Assembly (NCBI GenBank): GCA_964187785.1
Contig: OZ076409.1
Coordinates: forward strand, 96,660,001 to 96,724,000
From: Amphiscolops sp. MND2022
Lineage: Eukaryota
Reading direction: 5' to 3'
Length of the DNA: 64,000 bases
This document shows, in pieces, positions 11,176 to 24,738 of this stretch. Position 1 is the stretch's first letter. Each line of letters starts with the position of its first letter. The notes under the pieces were generated by a model. That model was not told the DNA's origin and did no database searches. It was given only the letters and a program-made list of their open reading frames with translations. The translations under genes were made by a program, and so were the position numbers.

Positions 11176-11668
11176 GGCGAGTGATAAGACCAATTGCTAG
11201 AATACTTTTGTTGAATGTGAAACAATCTTTGAGTCAATTCAACTGTTTAGAGATCTGATTTTGCAGAATAATGAATACAACGTTTTGAGCTGCGATTATT
11301 ACAAGTAAGTTTTCGCTAGATGTAGAACGCTTTGACCACCGAAATTCACACTGTTTTTATCTTTACTCGGGATTCTTATTGGTTGATAATCGCAGCCGTT
11401 GACGATTGGTTGACTGAAATTTCACGGTATTCAGGGTTGGAGGTTTTTCCTAAATCCTTTTTATACTCTTTTTTTTTCCAATATCTCACCTTCTTTACAC
11501 AATTTCCTCGAAACGTTGAATTGAAAGTAATGCTACAAGAACTCTATCAAAGAATCGGTCGAAAAATTGTTAATTGTGTGAATCTTGAATATTCGGAAAA
11601 CAAACAGTAGTCTTTAAAAAAGATTAGTGATCACAGATGCATAATTTCCATGCAACTCACGAGAATAA

Positions 11669-12267
11669 TTACTGTTGATGTCCGGCATGATTTTTGCTAA
11701 TTTCCATGGCGTAATGTATTATTCCATATTCATTACCAGTTTTGTCTGCTAACTCATAACATAATTCCCGGATTGAAGCTTCATGTTCTTCCATACCATC
11801 ACCGTCCACGTAGTATTGCACAGGGTTAATGGTACAAGGATTATTGGATCTAGTTATCAGAAATTCCGCTTTTCCTTGTTGGTTAGTAGATGATGGCAGC
11901 AGGACTCTTTTGAGTTTATCCGTTATCAGCACAGTCCACACGTATACACCACTGTTGGATTTTCCCACCAAATCTTTGAAGTATGTTGAGAAGAAACTAT
12001 TGGCCTTGTAGATGAAAATTATGTGAAACCTGAAACAAGTTTTCCAGGAGACAGTTCCGGAAAATGAAAGGTTCCGGAAAAAATTCAATATCTATAATGG
12101 ACTTACTTGATACTTGAATCGATAGATGTCACGATGGCTTGTCTCACCTCGTTTAGTGTAGTTTTCTTGAAATTGCTCCCGTCAACATTTCCCTCAACCA
12201 ACACCATTTCTCCTTTCCACAAATATTGGCCGTAAACTTTGGTATTCTCTCTTGTAAACGTTGTCAT
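11669..12267 (-). CDS. Spliced orphan gene (~173 aa): exons 12267-12107 and 12029-11669
   Basis: A GTAAGT donor at 12106 and a TTTCAG acceptor at 12030 join two listed ORFs in frame (...DSSIK|FHIIFIY...). The intron is 77 nt. Confidence 0.55.
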
Positions 12268-12891
12268 TCTTTCAGTGGTACTTCGACTAGAAATGAAAGT
12301 CCCTACGTGTATCGAGGGAAAGAATCCAATATTCAATGTACAGCAACTCCGATTGGACAGAACTAGGATTCAAGATTTTGTGGTGTTCATATAACGTTGA
12401 AGAATTGTTCATTTCGGCATTCACTTGTAAATCAAAGAGAAATTCAAGTGATTGTTCGATTGATCTGTTACTGATGACACCACCTCTTTGCTTGAATACG
12501 TCTCTCCAATCACCTCCATTTTTGCTTAGTTATTTCACGCCGCTCCTAATAGCTCAATCTTGCTGTTATTTGAATAATTGAGTTTCCTTACAATAACTAA
12601 TTCTGCATCCAATTAAACATCAGTACATCGAATTAACTGTTTTGTTGTCCCAGCAAGGTGTTGCGAAATTTGAAGCTGAAATAAAATCAATAATAAAAAG
12701 TTATTCAAAAAAAAAAAACAATATAATGCTATATTTTCCATTTTAATCGAACCCGATTCGAAATGTTATTCAACCATCACTTTAAATGAATACTTGTATC
12801 AAATCAGTGTTTTGGGAGTTGATATGGGTGAGAAGAACTACAAAGCTAGGTTTCTTGAATGAAATATTCTTATAACAAAACAGTGGATTAG

Positions 12892-13182
12892 ATGCATTTC
12901 TCGAACTTCAAATGGTCGTCCATTTACTTGAAAAAGACTTTTCACATAACAGCCGCAGAAGTTCAAGACAACCATTTAATTTTGTTGGTGTTAACCGACC
13001 CTGGTACCGACAAAAGAATTATCTTTGAGTATATGACTCCAGAGTGGATAGAGTTAACTCTTTACTTCCACCATCATAAAACCATGAAATCAGTTACAAG
13101 AAGGGAGACCATAAGATATCTGGTTCTTCGGAAGTGTCTGTTAAATCTTTTCGTACATCAGAAACCTCCTTTTATGGAATAA
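12892..13182 (+). CDS. Small orphan ORF (96 aa)
   Basis: ATG start, with AATAAA at 13253-13258. No recognised homology. Confidence 0.3.
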   Translation: MHFSNFKWSSIYLKKTFHITAAEVQDNHLILLVLTDPGTDKRIIFEYMTPEWIELTLYFHHHKTMKSVTRRETIRYLVLRKCLLNLFVHQKPPFME

Positions 13183-16100
13183 TTTGAATTTTTATCCACA
13201 TTGTGCCGCTGTTTTCATGTTATAAGGTGAGAGTATATTTCTGATTTTATTCAATAAAAAAAAACACTATACTAATCTAATTCTTACCCCGCAGCTTTTT
13301 TTTTGAGACTATATCTGCTGGTAATTGAAAGTAGCTGCAAAACATTCCGTTTTGATTTCTGCTGTGACAAGAATACCGGGGGTTGGCATTCACCATGAAA
13401 GAATATTCACCGCCGCTATTTATTAAACACAAACACTTTACTGACTTGCCAAGTCAAAACCACTTGACAATTGTAAACAAAAAACACTTGAGAATTCAAC
13501 TCACTCAAAGCAAACACATGGCTCGCATAAGCTCAGCTGAAATATCGAGATTCTTAAATTAGGACCCCACCCAGCTGCCATTTTTGAAGGGGTCCTAAAA
13601 GTTGAACTGCAATGACCCCCCCCCTCTGTTGAAAGGCCGGCGGTAGGGAAAATCAATCGGTGCAAAAAGTGGTCCGTGCTACACACTTTTCATACTACTC
13701 GCAAACACTTGCGAAGAAAGTTGCGAACTTTTGAAGGAACCCAAATAAGCAATATCATACGGAGAGCCAAGGGTAAAAGGACATTATTGTTAAAATTTCA
13801 TCAATTTTACAGCGCCAAAAAAACCCGAAGGGATACCCATAAATCTCGAAAACAATACTTCTTCAACTGGAAACAACAGAAAACCCATCTTTCTCAACCG
13901 TAAACCTTTAAAAAAAAACAGAAAACTGAGGAAAAAATTTCGAAATTTTTCAAAATTTTTTTTGATGAAGGTCTCGGGCAAGTCGCATAGTGCCGAAAAC
14001 CTTGAGCAATGCTTTATGCTCGCAAAACGTTTCGTTTCTAGTAAAAATTGAGGGGGCTTCGATGAAAACAAATTACAAAAAAAAGTCGCATAGAAAAAAC
14101 AGCGGTCTTTAAAAAAAAACAAAAATCTGATATAGCGTGCTGGGTCTGAGAAAACCTATTTGAAAAATCTCACAATGCCGAAAACTATAAATAAAAGGGG
14201 GGCACTTTGAGATTTTTAAAACATCCATTCTGTTGCAAAATTTCAAAAAATTGAAGCGAGACTTGAAAAATTTTGCAAAAAAAATGAGAATTTTCAACAG
14301 TCTCGTAGTGCCGAAAAATCTGAAAGCAGGGACCCTTTGGGATTTTTTAACATTCGTTCTGTTGCAAAATACCAAAAAAATGAAGGGAGGAATCTTTGGT
14401 GACATGAAAAAAAAATTGCGAAAAAAAAGTCACAAAGCCGAAATAACATGCACAAAAAATTTTGGTCAAGACTCGAACCCACGTCCTTCTGCTTGGCAGA
14501 CCTCAAATAATCCTAATTAACCTCTATGACAAGTGCCAGAAGTTGCGACAAGTGCTGGAAGTTGGCCAACTGCCAGAAGTTGCCACGGCCACAAATTCAG
14601 ACTATGCGACTTGCGGTCTGAAACAAGTTGTCGCGCGGAAAAAAAAGCACCCGCACTTTCCCATAACACTTGCTTATCGCATGTGTAACAAACCGGGACT
14701 GCCCAAATCGGCGCCCCGCTCAAGTTTCTGAACTATGCAAAGGACACGCAAAAACATTTGGTTTTTCTTGCAAAAAATGCTTATAGTTCTTCAAAAATGC
14801 CCCTTTTGGCAAAATCCAGTTTTCTTAAAAGTCATCGGCCCATAAAAAAGGCAACCCCATACCCTTACACAACAAGACGTTGTGGAACTAAGCCATATAA
14901 TATGCTCCTGTTACTACGAGTCGCCGCGCAGCGGGCTCTACGAAAATTCAGAAAAATAAAGCGCGCGGCGACAGGGGCTCACTTGATCAAAATGAAAACC
15001 CAGTAACAGACCTTTCAAATGTACTATAGTTGATTTCTCTGGTATGCGTAGTTGGGAGATATTAATGATTGAACATTTTTGATCATATTTTTCGAAAGTT
15101 TGCAAAAACACCCGGTCAGTTAGGGTTAGTTTCGTGTGGTATGTGAGAAAAACCTCTTTGAAACTATGCACAATTGGTTCATGAAGACTGGTTTTAGTAT
15201 TTTTCAGTAATTCAATCAGGCAGCTGTGGTTGATTGTGCAGACATTGAACAAGACTCCCGCTAAGGAAAACAATGTTTCCACCCTGGATTATTCTATCAG
15301 CAAAACGTGCAAAAAACGCTCAATAGCCGAACAATTTTAATTTTCGACACTTTTTAAGAAAAACTTCATAGATACATATACTACCAACCTTATGTTTCCG
15401 TTGTTGAATTTTTTTGGAGGGAGCTGTACTTTGTGAGCTTAAAATTTGTGAGACTGGGATCTGAGAAACGTATGAAAATTTGGTCAGAAATTACCAAAAA
15501 CGCCTAATGCCGAAAATTATAACAGGGTTTTGGGCTTTCGAAAATCCAATTTTTAGCAAAATAATCAAAAAATTGAAGGGGTGCCCTTTGAAGACATAGA
15601 AAAATTCTCAAAAAAGTCGCACAGTGCCGAAAAAAAATTGAAAGGGGACCCTTTAGTCTCGTCGGTTTTGTATGCCACGTTGGATAAAGAACAACCATTA
15701 TAGTTCAGTGCACTGGGCCAAATGGTACAATAGAACTTTGTAGAACTATTTTGGTGAGTTCGTGTGGATTGAAAAAAGCCACTATTAAAGTCGTGTCACT
15801 TCATGTTTCCTTCAATTACTTTCATCTCGAGTCGATTGCCGTCATTTAGGAAGTAAACACGCGGCGGACGCACTACCAACTTCGCCACGGTGGCTAAGTA
15901 ATAAAGTGGAGATTTGGCAGGATTCGGAAAAAACGCTACTCAGATGGTGATTTTACTCCTACGCATAAATTTGTGAGTTCGGAAAATGAGACCAAAACCG
16001 AATCTGGTCGAATTAGAAGTGAATTTTCTCCATAACGAAGTTAACTTCTATTCGAATAGTTTTTTGTTTGAACCAAACATTTTTCACATTCTGATTGGAT

Positions 16101-17010
16101 TATGTTGAAAAATAGGTTTTTCGTGACTCAAAAAACGAAGTTGTCGATTTCCTAATGAGAAATGCGTGACGTCATAAGGAGAGAAAATGTGAACAAAGCT
16201 TGTAGCTGAATACTCAAACAGTCGTTCTGAGAATAAATTTTAAAACTGGTTTCTGAAGTTTTTTTACACTTGCGATAAGCAAGTGTTATGGGAAAGTGCG
16301 GGTGCTTTTTTTCCGTGCGACAACTCTCTCGTTTCAGACCGCAAGTCGCATAGTCTGAATTTGTGGCCGTGGCAACTTCTGGCAGTTGGCCAACTTCCAG
16401 CCTTTGTCGCAACTTCTGGCACTTCTGGCAGCATGATGCAAAGGACACGACGAATTTCAAACGACTAATTGAAACCGAATTGAGGCGAGGTTTGATTGAA
16501 ACAGACGAGGTTGTCTGAAAAGCCAATTTACTCTGGCTAGAACTAATCTTGACTCTTTTGTTGCTATCACAATCCCCCTACCATCAAGATTTTCGAGACT
16601 GACCTAATGAAAGGTAAAACAGGAAGTTAACTGACAGGAAGTTTACGTCTATTAGAATAGATTTTTAACAAAACAATTTTCACACATTTTGATCACAATG
16701 ATGTTCTAATAAACTGCTTTTTGTGACTCAAAACAGGAAGCGGTTGATTTACAAATCAAGAATGGGTGACTTCATAGGGAAAAAAGTGTGAACAAAGTTT
16801 TCATCTCAATTCTAAACTGTCACGATGAGAATAAATTTAAAACTGAAAAGTCATTTTGTCATATTTTCACCAACTTTACAAAACAAAAATTCGCTAGTGG
16901 GGGGATAAAATTCACACCGTAATTGTGAACAGAAAGAAACAGTAGCGTGCAATGTGTATGGATAAGGGGGGACCCTAATATGGGGGGGGAGTGAACAAGT
17001 GGAGACTAAC

Positions 17011-17101
17011 TCTGGTTCTTCGGGTATGGACTCTGAGCTTGAGTTGGGCCATTCTTGAGACAAATGGTTGAACATCTGTTGCGGGGCATGAATCGCATGA
17101 C
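17011..17101 (-). CDS. Possible further exon of the MAP4K-like gene (GHAIHAPQQMFNHLSQEWPNSSSESIPEEP)
   Basis: Phase-compatible TTCAAG acceptor and GTTAGT donor. An alternative acceptor at 17130 gives another frame. Confidence 0.35.
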
Positions 17102-17142
17102 CTTGAAACATCATGACACATAACATCACCTGTGCAATCAAA

Positions 17143-17546
17143 ACCAGAGCCGCATGTGCTGTAAAGGAGTCGGATTAGGAGTTTTTCCTTCTGACTCGCT
17201 CGAACCACAGTCATACGATTTTGATGAAAATGCACACATATGACCCTAATATGGTGTAGAGTGACTGTAGAAAATTTCGTTCGAATCGTATGGGCAGTTT
17301 TTCAGAATCAAAAAAAATCCAAAAGTGGCTGGTTTTTGGTCATTTTTGGGCTAATTTTGGCTATGTTTCTCAGACTTTGATGTCATTGTGCACGCAGGAG
17401 CACCTTTGGGTGTAGAATGACTGCAAACAAAATTTTATAAAAATTGTAAGGACAGTTTTTGAGAAATTTGAAAGTTTCATTGGAAGGCCGGGAGAAAAAA
17501 GTACGATTGCCCAAGTAGTCGAAAAATTTTTCCGACCCCTACAAAA
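17143..17546 (+). mobile_element. Helentron-associated-like non-autonomous element, family A (other copies ~23740-24694 +, ~44693-48718 -)
   Basis: Shared ends ACCAGAGCCGCAT..AGGAGTCGG and GTCGAAAAATTTTTCCGAC(T/C)CCTAAAAA, i.e. a subterminal inverted repeat plus a 3' stem-loop. No TSD seen. Confidence 0.6.
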
Positions 17547-17643
17547 GATTAATTCAGTGTTTTTTGTTCAAAACACTATCATAACAGATGTGAAATAGGG
17601 TAGGTAGGTAAGTAGAGGGAGGCATGAGAGAACATAAACCGAC

Positions 17644-17826
17644 CTGAACTGGCGTCTGCTTTCTTCCTGGAGTAGATGACCTTGTCGTCATTGTCTCCCC
17701 TGTGACCCATGCCCCCACCCTCTCCGCCACCCCTCCCCTCCCCCTCCGGGCCACCCTCGTCGTCTCCCTGCTCGCTGTTCTCACTGGCGGGAGGCTTGCG
17801 CAGAAACACCAGCATCAGACGGGGAC
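17644..17826 (-). CDS. MAP4K-like gene, exon 8 (post-kinase, acidic/Gly-rich)
   Basis: TTTTAG acceptor and GTCGGT donor around a GC-rich open frame PRLMLVFLRKPPASENSEQGDDE... It joins exon 7 only through a GC donor. Confidence 0.65.
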
Positions 17827-18611
17827 CTAAAACAAACCAGGGTTGGTTAAATAAGCCGGGAACGGCATAAGTGGGAAATGAGTGGCATATAACGACAGCC
17901 AAGGGCCGGTTCAAATGATGGCTGCATCGGAACGACTCTAAGCACTCATTATAGAGCGCGGTCGAATAAATATTTACATTATTAGCAGATTGACAGCTAA
18001 TATAAATCCAAAAACCAAATCTTATCCTGTTTTATTAGCAGAAACATCAAAGCAAAAACTCTTTAGTGAAATGTTTCCCACACAGTCGCACAGTGCCGAA
18101 AAAAAACAAAGAGGGTCCTTTGGGCTTGAAAACGCTTTTGAATAACTTGAGGCTCATGTATGTATCTACAGAAGTGATATTTCTAAAGGCAACAAAAGGC
18201 AAATCTCAAAACCGAAGAACAGCCGCGATTTTTGAAAAATGATAAGTGAAAATTTCATAGACTTTTATCTAGTTTACAAATATGTTTATTATGTGAAAAT
18301 TGTAGAATTTACGATAGGCCATTTTTAGCGAAATTTAGGTCAAAATTTTAGAGAAATTTTATGTGCAATCGACTCTCCTGATTTAACTGAAGGCCTTGAT
18401 ATGTTTTGATTTAGAAATCATCCTAAAATGGTAGAAAAAATACGCTGTAAAATTAGATTTTTTCCAAAAATACATGTATTAAGATACGATTTCGAAGTTT
18501 AACAACTTAAAACAAGCTCATACTAATGTAATTTAGAATATTTTCGGGAAAAATTATATTGTCAGATTCGAAATGTTAGGGAGAATTTTTGTCAAAATTA
18601 TTCTGAAATCA

Positions 18612-19419
18612 AACAAGCCGGGACCGGCCCAAGTCGGCGCCATATCCAAGGCTCAAAAATAGCAAAAAGACTTCCAAGTGTCAAGTATTCTTTTACAGTA
18701 CTCGAAAATCGAAAATTTTTCGAAAAAATTTTTTTGAAAAAATTACATACTAAAAAAAATGGACCGAGTGGCGCGCCGGGGCTCGCTAGCGCGAGCCCCT
18801 GGCGCGCTAAAGTCTCACAATGCCGAAAAACTGAAAGGGGGGACCCTTTGAGGTTTTTCAACATCCATTCTGTCTCAAAACATGAAAAAATTGAAGAAAA
18901 AAAATTTTTTTTTCATTTTCGGGAAAAAAATCTCACAATGCCGAAAAAACTGAAAGGGGGGAGGACCCTTTGAGGTTTTTCAACATCCATTCTGTCGCAA
19001 AACATGAAAAAATTGAAGAAAAATTTTTTTTTTCATTTTCGGGAAAAAAATCTCACAATGCCGAAAAAACTGAAAGGGGGGAGGACCCTTTGAGGTTTTT
19101 CAACATCCATTCTGTCGCAAAACATCAAAAAAATGCAGGGGGACCCTTTGGGGAAAAAAACTCGAAAAAAAATTCCGAAAAAATGTCTCGCAGTGCCGAA
19201 AAAAATTGAAAGGGGGGACTCTTTGGTCTCGCCCGGTTTGGTATGTTACGCGGAAAAACAGGTAAAACCTTTTTGGTTCAGTTCGCTAGACCAAATAGTG
19301 CATTTTGGTGCAATAATACTTTGTAGAACTTTTGTAGAACTATTTTGGTCAGTTCGTGTGGAAAAAAAAAAGAGTCACTATAATAGTCGCGTTTCACTTC
19401 ATGAAGCGCCGACTAAAAA
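18612..19419 (+). mobile_element. Helentron-associated/DINE-1-like non-autonomous element, family B (other copies or fragments at ~13930-14500, 15500-15800, 20488-21200, 25510-25997, 26203-26780, 29251-30165, 46698-46899 (-), 50062-51089)
   Basis: 5' end AACAAG..AGTCGGCGCC; 3' stem-loop ending GCGCCGACTAAAAA. Internal tandem TGCCGAAAAA...GGGACCCTTTG modules. The 46698 copy sits in a TT site without TSD. Confidence 0.7.
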
Positions 19420-19886
19420 TTGTAAGTGGGTCAAAAATTCAAGAAACTAAAAAATGATGTTTTGGAAATCGCTCTCGACCAATGAAATGAGCGCGTGAGA
19501 CCTTAATCAGCCAATGATATTTGTTTATTTTCTTTCTTTCCGCGTGCTATGTTGCTTTTTCTAGAATCACTACTGTATATCAAGAGCAGGGTCAGGATAA
19601 AATTACGCGTCAACATGCCCAAAAATAACGAACTCATTCACGCTATTTTGAATCGAAAATCACTCTAAATTCACGGAGCAAAAACCGGAGCAATAAGTTG
19701 AATTCAATGCAATTTTCCAGAATTTATACACAAAAACAGCAGTTGTTTGATATTTTCGCGATCCAAGTCTAAGTCTTTTTATTTTAATATTTTCACAAAA
19801 TAGTTTCAAAACATTTAGGTTGTGGGGGGGGGGGACTTCAGAAAAGAGCCAATGTATGTATGTAGGAGACTACAGTGTGTGCTAGC

Positions 19887-20059
19887 CTATGTTGGGTTTG
19901 TTGAGGAACTCGCTCTCGTGCAGCACCTCCTCGGCAGTGGGTCTCTTCATGGGGTTGTGGCTGAGGGTCCACTTCACGAAGTGGTGGAAGTCCCCGCTCC
20001 ACGCACCCCCACTCAGCTTGGGCGCCTTGAACCGCCTCGTCTGCAACACCGCCAGGAAC
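19887..20059 (-). CDS. MAP4K-like kinase exon 7 (subdomains X-XI: WSGDFHHFVKWTLSHNPMKRPTAEEVL)
   Basis: TTTGCAG acceptor, in phase with exon 6. It ends either at a GC donor (19886) or at TAG 19884-19882. Confidence 0.9.
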
Positions 20060-22466
20060 CTGCAAACACACGCCCATACACCACCCATCACCATACAACA
20101 CATGAACAAAACATACAAATCAGTGGGGACCAGGGTTGGCTCTTCTTAATCGTGAGGGAAATGATTGACCCTGAATGGACTATGGTACCATTTCGTACCA
20201 AATAGTTTCTGCAAACATTTGAAGGCACTAGCGAAATTTCTGAAATGTACTTTTTTGCAATTTTTCACCTTTTTCAGTTACTTTTTTGCCAGTGGCTCGG
20301 AAAAAAATCTACATTGACACAAATAACAATTCACACCAGATATTCCAATAGATTGTCGATAAGAAAGACAATTTTTCGTTTTCCTCTATGCTTTTTGCGT
20401 GTCGTAATTTATTATTGATTGCGAAAAAAATCGCTGTCCTCATTTGAGGACGAAATCACTGTCGAGGTTAAATGATATAAATATGGAACAAGCCGGGAAC
20501 GGCCCAAATCGGCGCCCACTCAAAGTTCACAAAAATCATGTTTTCTAAACATGCAAAGAGACATTATTGAGAACGTCATCAAATTTACAGTGCCGAAAAA
20601 TATCCGAAGGGAAACACATAAGACTCAAAAACCGCTTTTACCTCACCTCGAAACATGATTTTCTTCAAAATTTAAGTTTTTCGCAAAACCGAAATATTTT
20701 TATGCAAGTGAAGGGAAGGTGGTACCCTTCGACCAAATGAAAAAATTTTCGGAGAAAAGCCGGTCGCCCATTGCCGAAAAAAACGTCATTTTCTCATTTC
20801 CACAATTATTGAAAACTCATCCGTTCCACAGAGGATGTGGACCAAAAAAGTACCAAAGAGGTCATCCTTGAGACTCGGAAAATGGTTTTCTTTCACAGAA
20901 ATCCTCAAAACACCAAAAACTATGTGGAAGTTCTTCGAAAATTTTCGTTTTTTAATCTTTCCGGTAAATCGCATAGTGTCAAAAAAATCCAAAGTGACCC
21001 TTTAAGCTCGCGAATCGTTTTTTTCTGCTAAAAATTGAGGGACGGGACTCTAGTGAAATCAGATAAATAGTCGCATAGTGCCGAAAAAAAAACACAAAAG
21101 GGAACCTCTGGCCTCCCCTCTAAGTTTGCAAGCTTAAAAAACTTTTACTTTAGTGCGAGGCTCGAACTCACGTATCTCTGCCTCTCAGACCTCGCCACCT
21201 CGTGTCACGATTGTCATCAGGTTACAAATACCCAAATTATACTTCAAAAACATTTTATTAGCTGCGATTCGAAATTCCAAAATTTAATTGGAATTATTTC
21301 GCATTTTACGCGCTCTACTCAAAATTAGTTTCATTGCAACCCTTTGGATGGAGGCGTGTTAATGAAATAATTATCCATGGTACTGATATTTACCATAAAG
21401 ACTGTTATAATACTAAAATTTCCAGTAAATTTCTTATCAATTAACTAATTTTCTGTAATCATTTAATAAATTTGGAAAAAATCCTCTAAACTTTTCATTT
21501 AATAGGATTAATTGTGATGTGAGTTTTGATTGATATGAGTTGTCGTCGTACGGTTTTTCGGTTTCTAAACATTGGAAGAAAATGCACGACTCTTACAGTG
21601 GCTAGTTTTTTCGTCAGTTCAACGCGATCGGTTCACTTTTTGTGCACTGTGCATTTTCTTACTTGCAACCAGTGGAACCGCATAAGAATATGGTCATATG
21701 GTTTTAGGAAATTATCGTTTATCTATGTAATGCATGTAAATGTCGAAAAGCAACCCATTTCTCAGCCGCTTAATTTTGTTGAAATGAAAATTCAATCGAA
21801 AGAAAAGTGAAGGCAATTACACTGTTACATGAAAGCATGTAATCCTACATTCAGCACTAAACTCGCTTTCGAATAAGTCAAGATGAGATTATTCTTAATG
21901 ATGATTTTCGGTCCCGATAATCTTTGCCAAACAGGTAATAAGCTAGAATTGCTTTTCGCGATAGAAAGTTACGTTTTCGAACCAAAAACAATAAAATGTC
22001 ACTGAAAAACTACCACAGCGTGTCATAATACATCGGCAAGTATGACATTATTGACAGCTAAAATCGCTTCCCTTCAAGTATCAAGATTCTGAAGGTATCA
22101 CGGCAGAATGGTTCTTCAATAAAAACAAAACGCAACCTGACCAGAAATGTTTTCCACGCTGATTTATTCAAACAAAATAATTTTGAGACTCAAGCGTGAG
22201 CGATGATGAAATTTTTCGACACATTTTTTTGACTAATTTTAGTCACTTCCTTTCAAAATTTTTGAAATTTAAACAAAAAAGGTTGTAAATTAGCTGATCA
22301 ATTAAACAATTTGGGACGAATTGTCGCTTTTTGGAATTTGGGACGAATTGTCGCCTTTTCAAAACGGGACAAACTGCCGCTTAGGACGAATTGTCGCTTT
22401 TTGGAATTTGGGACGAATTATCGCCCAACCGAAGAAAGAGGGGGTTCTGGGGGTGTGACTACTCAC

Positions 22467-22601
22467 TGTTTCGGTTCGTAATTGTAGTTGGGGGGTTGTC
22501 CGTGGGCCAGTTCTATGGCCACTATGCCCAGGGCCCAGATGTCGCACTTGTTGGAGTACGTGTAGTTTCTGTTGTCCGCCGACGCCATCTCAGGGGCCAT
22601 C
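22467..22601 (-). CDS. MAP4K-like kinase exon 6 (MAPEM...KCDIWALGIVAIELAHGQPP)
   Basis: TTGCAG/GTGAGT boundaries and STE20 subdomain VIII-IX motifs. Confidence 0.93.
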
Positions 22602-22711
22602 CTGCAACCAACCAACCAATCATACACACACATGCAAATACACAACATACAAAAAACAAGCCGGGTCAGTGACAAAAAAATAGCGCATTTGGCGGAGAAA
22701 AGCAAAATAAA

Positions 22712-22921
22712 AGAGCAACGGTGAGCAGTCAGACCTTTGTGACCTTGAGCAAGTCACTTTGAAACCACAGCTTCAAGTCCACCATTACTTGACAACTTGG
22801 CTGTAAAAATGGCACCATAGCTTGCTATGGGGAGATAGTATCCGAAAGGGCGCCGACTTAAAAAGCAGAACTGCTTATTCGGCGTCCACCCCGTGGAATT
22901 GGGGAAATAAACTTTCTTCTT
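22712..22921 (+). mobile_element. SINE fragment with CORE-like motif
   Basis: TGTGACCTTGAGCAAGTCACTT resembles the MIR CORE domain. The 3' tail GCTTATTCGGCGTCCA..GGAATTGGGGAAATAAACTT is shared with the tRNA-headed copy at 38436-38582. Confidence 0.6.
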
Positions 22922-24738
22922 ATAAACAAGTGAAGTAATGTTACTCAATTCGGTTTTACTCAATTCGGTTATCTGGAAAATTCACTTATCCGGACTCAGA
23001 ATCTTTTTTTCCGCCAACCAAGGTGTTCGGATAAGCGAGGTTACACTGTATTAAGAAGTAGGTAACTAGCTGTAGCTGAATTTCAAACTGAACAGTTTGT
23101 TCATGATTCATTTCACGTTACCGCCTGATATTTGTACTGATGATCTGCAAGAAAACGCTTACAGTTGAGACTCACAGAAATTTTTTCAGAGCCCTACCAT
23201 TTCAAGTACCGCACTTACTCCAATTCGGGAGTTTTGGGGAAAAGTTTTCTTCAAGAATAAAGATTTTTTGAAACTGACACGGTTCATCCATATATGAAAC
23301 CACGTTGAGTCTTCCATTGCGGCAACAGTGCAGGAGGGAAGGCTGTCGTGAATTATGACAATCCCAAGTGGGTGCATATCCTGAACGTCAGTTTCTGGAC
23401 CATTTTAATAAATTTTGGTTTTGCTTTGTAAATCTGTATTTATATATACGGGCACCGTTACTGACACTGCAAGGAGCCTCTGCAGCTTGCAGCTTATCGA
23501 CACCATAAAATATGCCCCTGGGCCATCATTACCGTTGCAGACCAGTGTAGTATAGTTTTGCTTCGCACGGCCCCTTTTTGAAACTGACAAGTTAAAAACG
23601 GCAACAACGGAAGAGTTTGTAATGGGGAATTTTTATGGGTTTCATGGTCAATAAAGCAGGGCCTAAGGTCCATGCGCAGGACATGACAGGGAACTTTTAG
23701 TTAGTCACTGATTAGAGCTGAATGAAGTGATTCAACATTAACCAGAGCCGCATATGCGGTAAAGGAGTCGGCTTAGGTTTTTTTCCTTCTGACTCGCTCC
23801 AATCCCAGTCATACGAATTTATTGAAATTGCACACATATTATGGTGTAGAAAATGGCTAGAAATTTTCGTTCAAAAAATAGGCCCCTCCGGGGCTCAGTA
23901 CTATTTCTGCTTTAATCTTTATTTTTTTGAAACAAAAAAATCATTAATAAAAGAATCATATCTGGAATACCAATACTCCTGTTTAATCATTACTTAGAGC
24001 ACAATTAATCACTGTACAAGTTTACACCGCCTTTAATTCTTCTCGGACTAAAGAAAATATAACTACTAAGCGTAGACGAAGTTTCGCATTCGCATTTGAA
24101 TGCAGGCGAAGCTCTCAACGAACGAATAATTAACACTCATTCGCTTCATTTCAATAACTCGGGGCAACGAAAGCACAATTACGAACATTCGCTCGCTTTA
24201 TCTCAATGACGTCAGCATACGAATGGATAATTACCACTCGCTCGTTCCTTCGCACTATAATTGAATTGTTGTCGGCAGCTTTCCCACGCTTACACTCACT
24301 GCCGAACAGAATATCTGAATTATTCAGATCGACCGAAAAATTGGTACTGAAAAAAAAAGTAGAAAGTTTGAGGTTACAATAATATTCCTGCTAAAGCAGA
24401 AATATTAATAATATGGAGAGTTTTTGAGAAAAAAGTCGAAAACTGTCGAAAAATGGCAGTTTTTTGGCCATTTTTGGGCTAATTTTGGCCATGTTTTTCA
24501 CATTCCAGTCATACGATTTTGATGCCATTGCGCACACAGGGGCCCCTTTGGGTGTAGAATGACTGTGCAAAATTTTATAAAACCGTATGAACAGTTTGAG
24601 AAATTTGAAATTTTCATGAAAGGTCGGGAGAAAAAAAAACAAAAAAACGACACGATTGCATAAGTAGTCGAAAAGTTTTTCCGATTCCTAAAAACAACAG
24701 CAGTCAGTTGAGTTGAGGTGGACTCCCAATTAACTCAC

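Noticed and set aside
13676..16526. Many K/F-rich short ORFs
   Set aside because: They are products of poly-A/T-rich repeat elements on both strands. No domain is recognisable.
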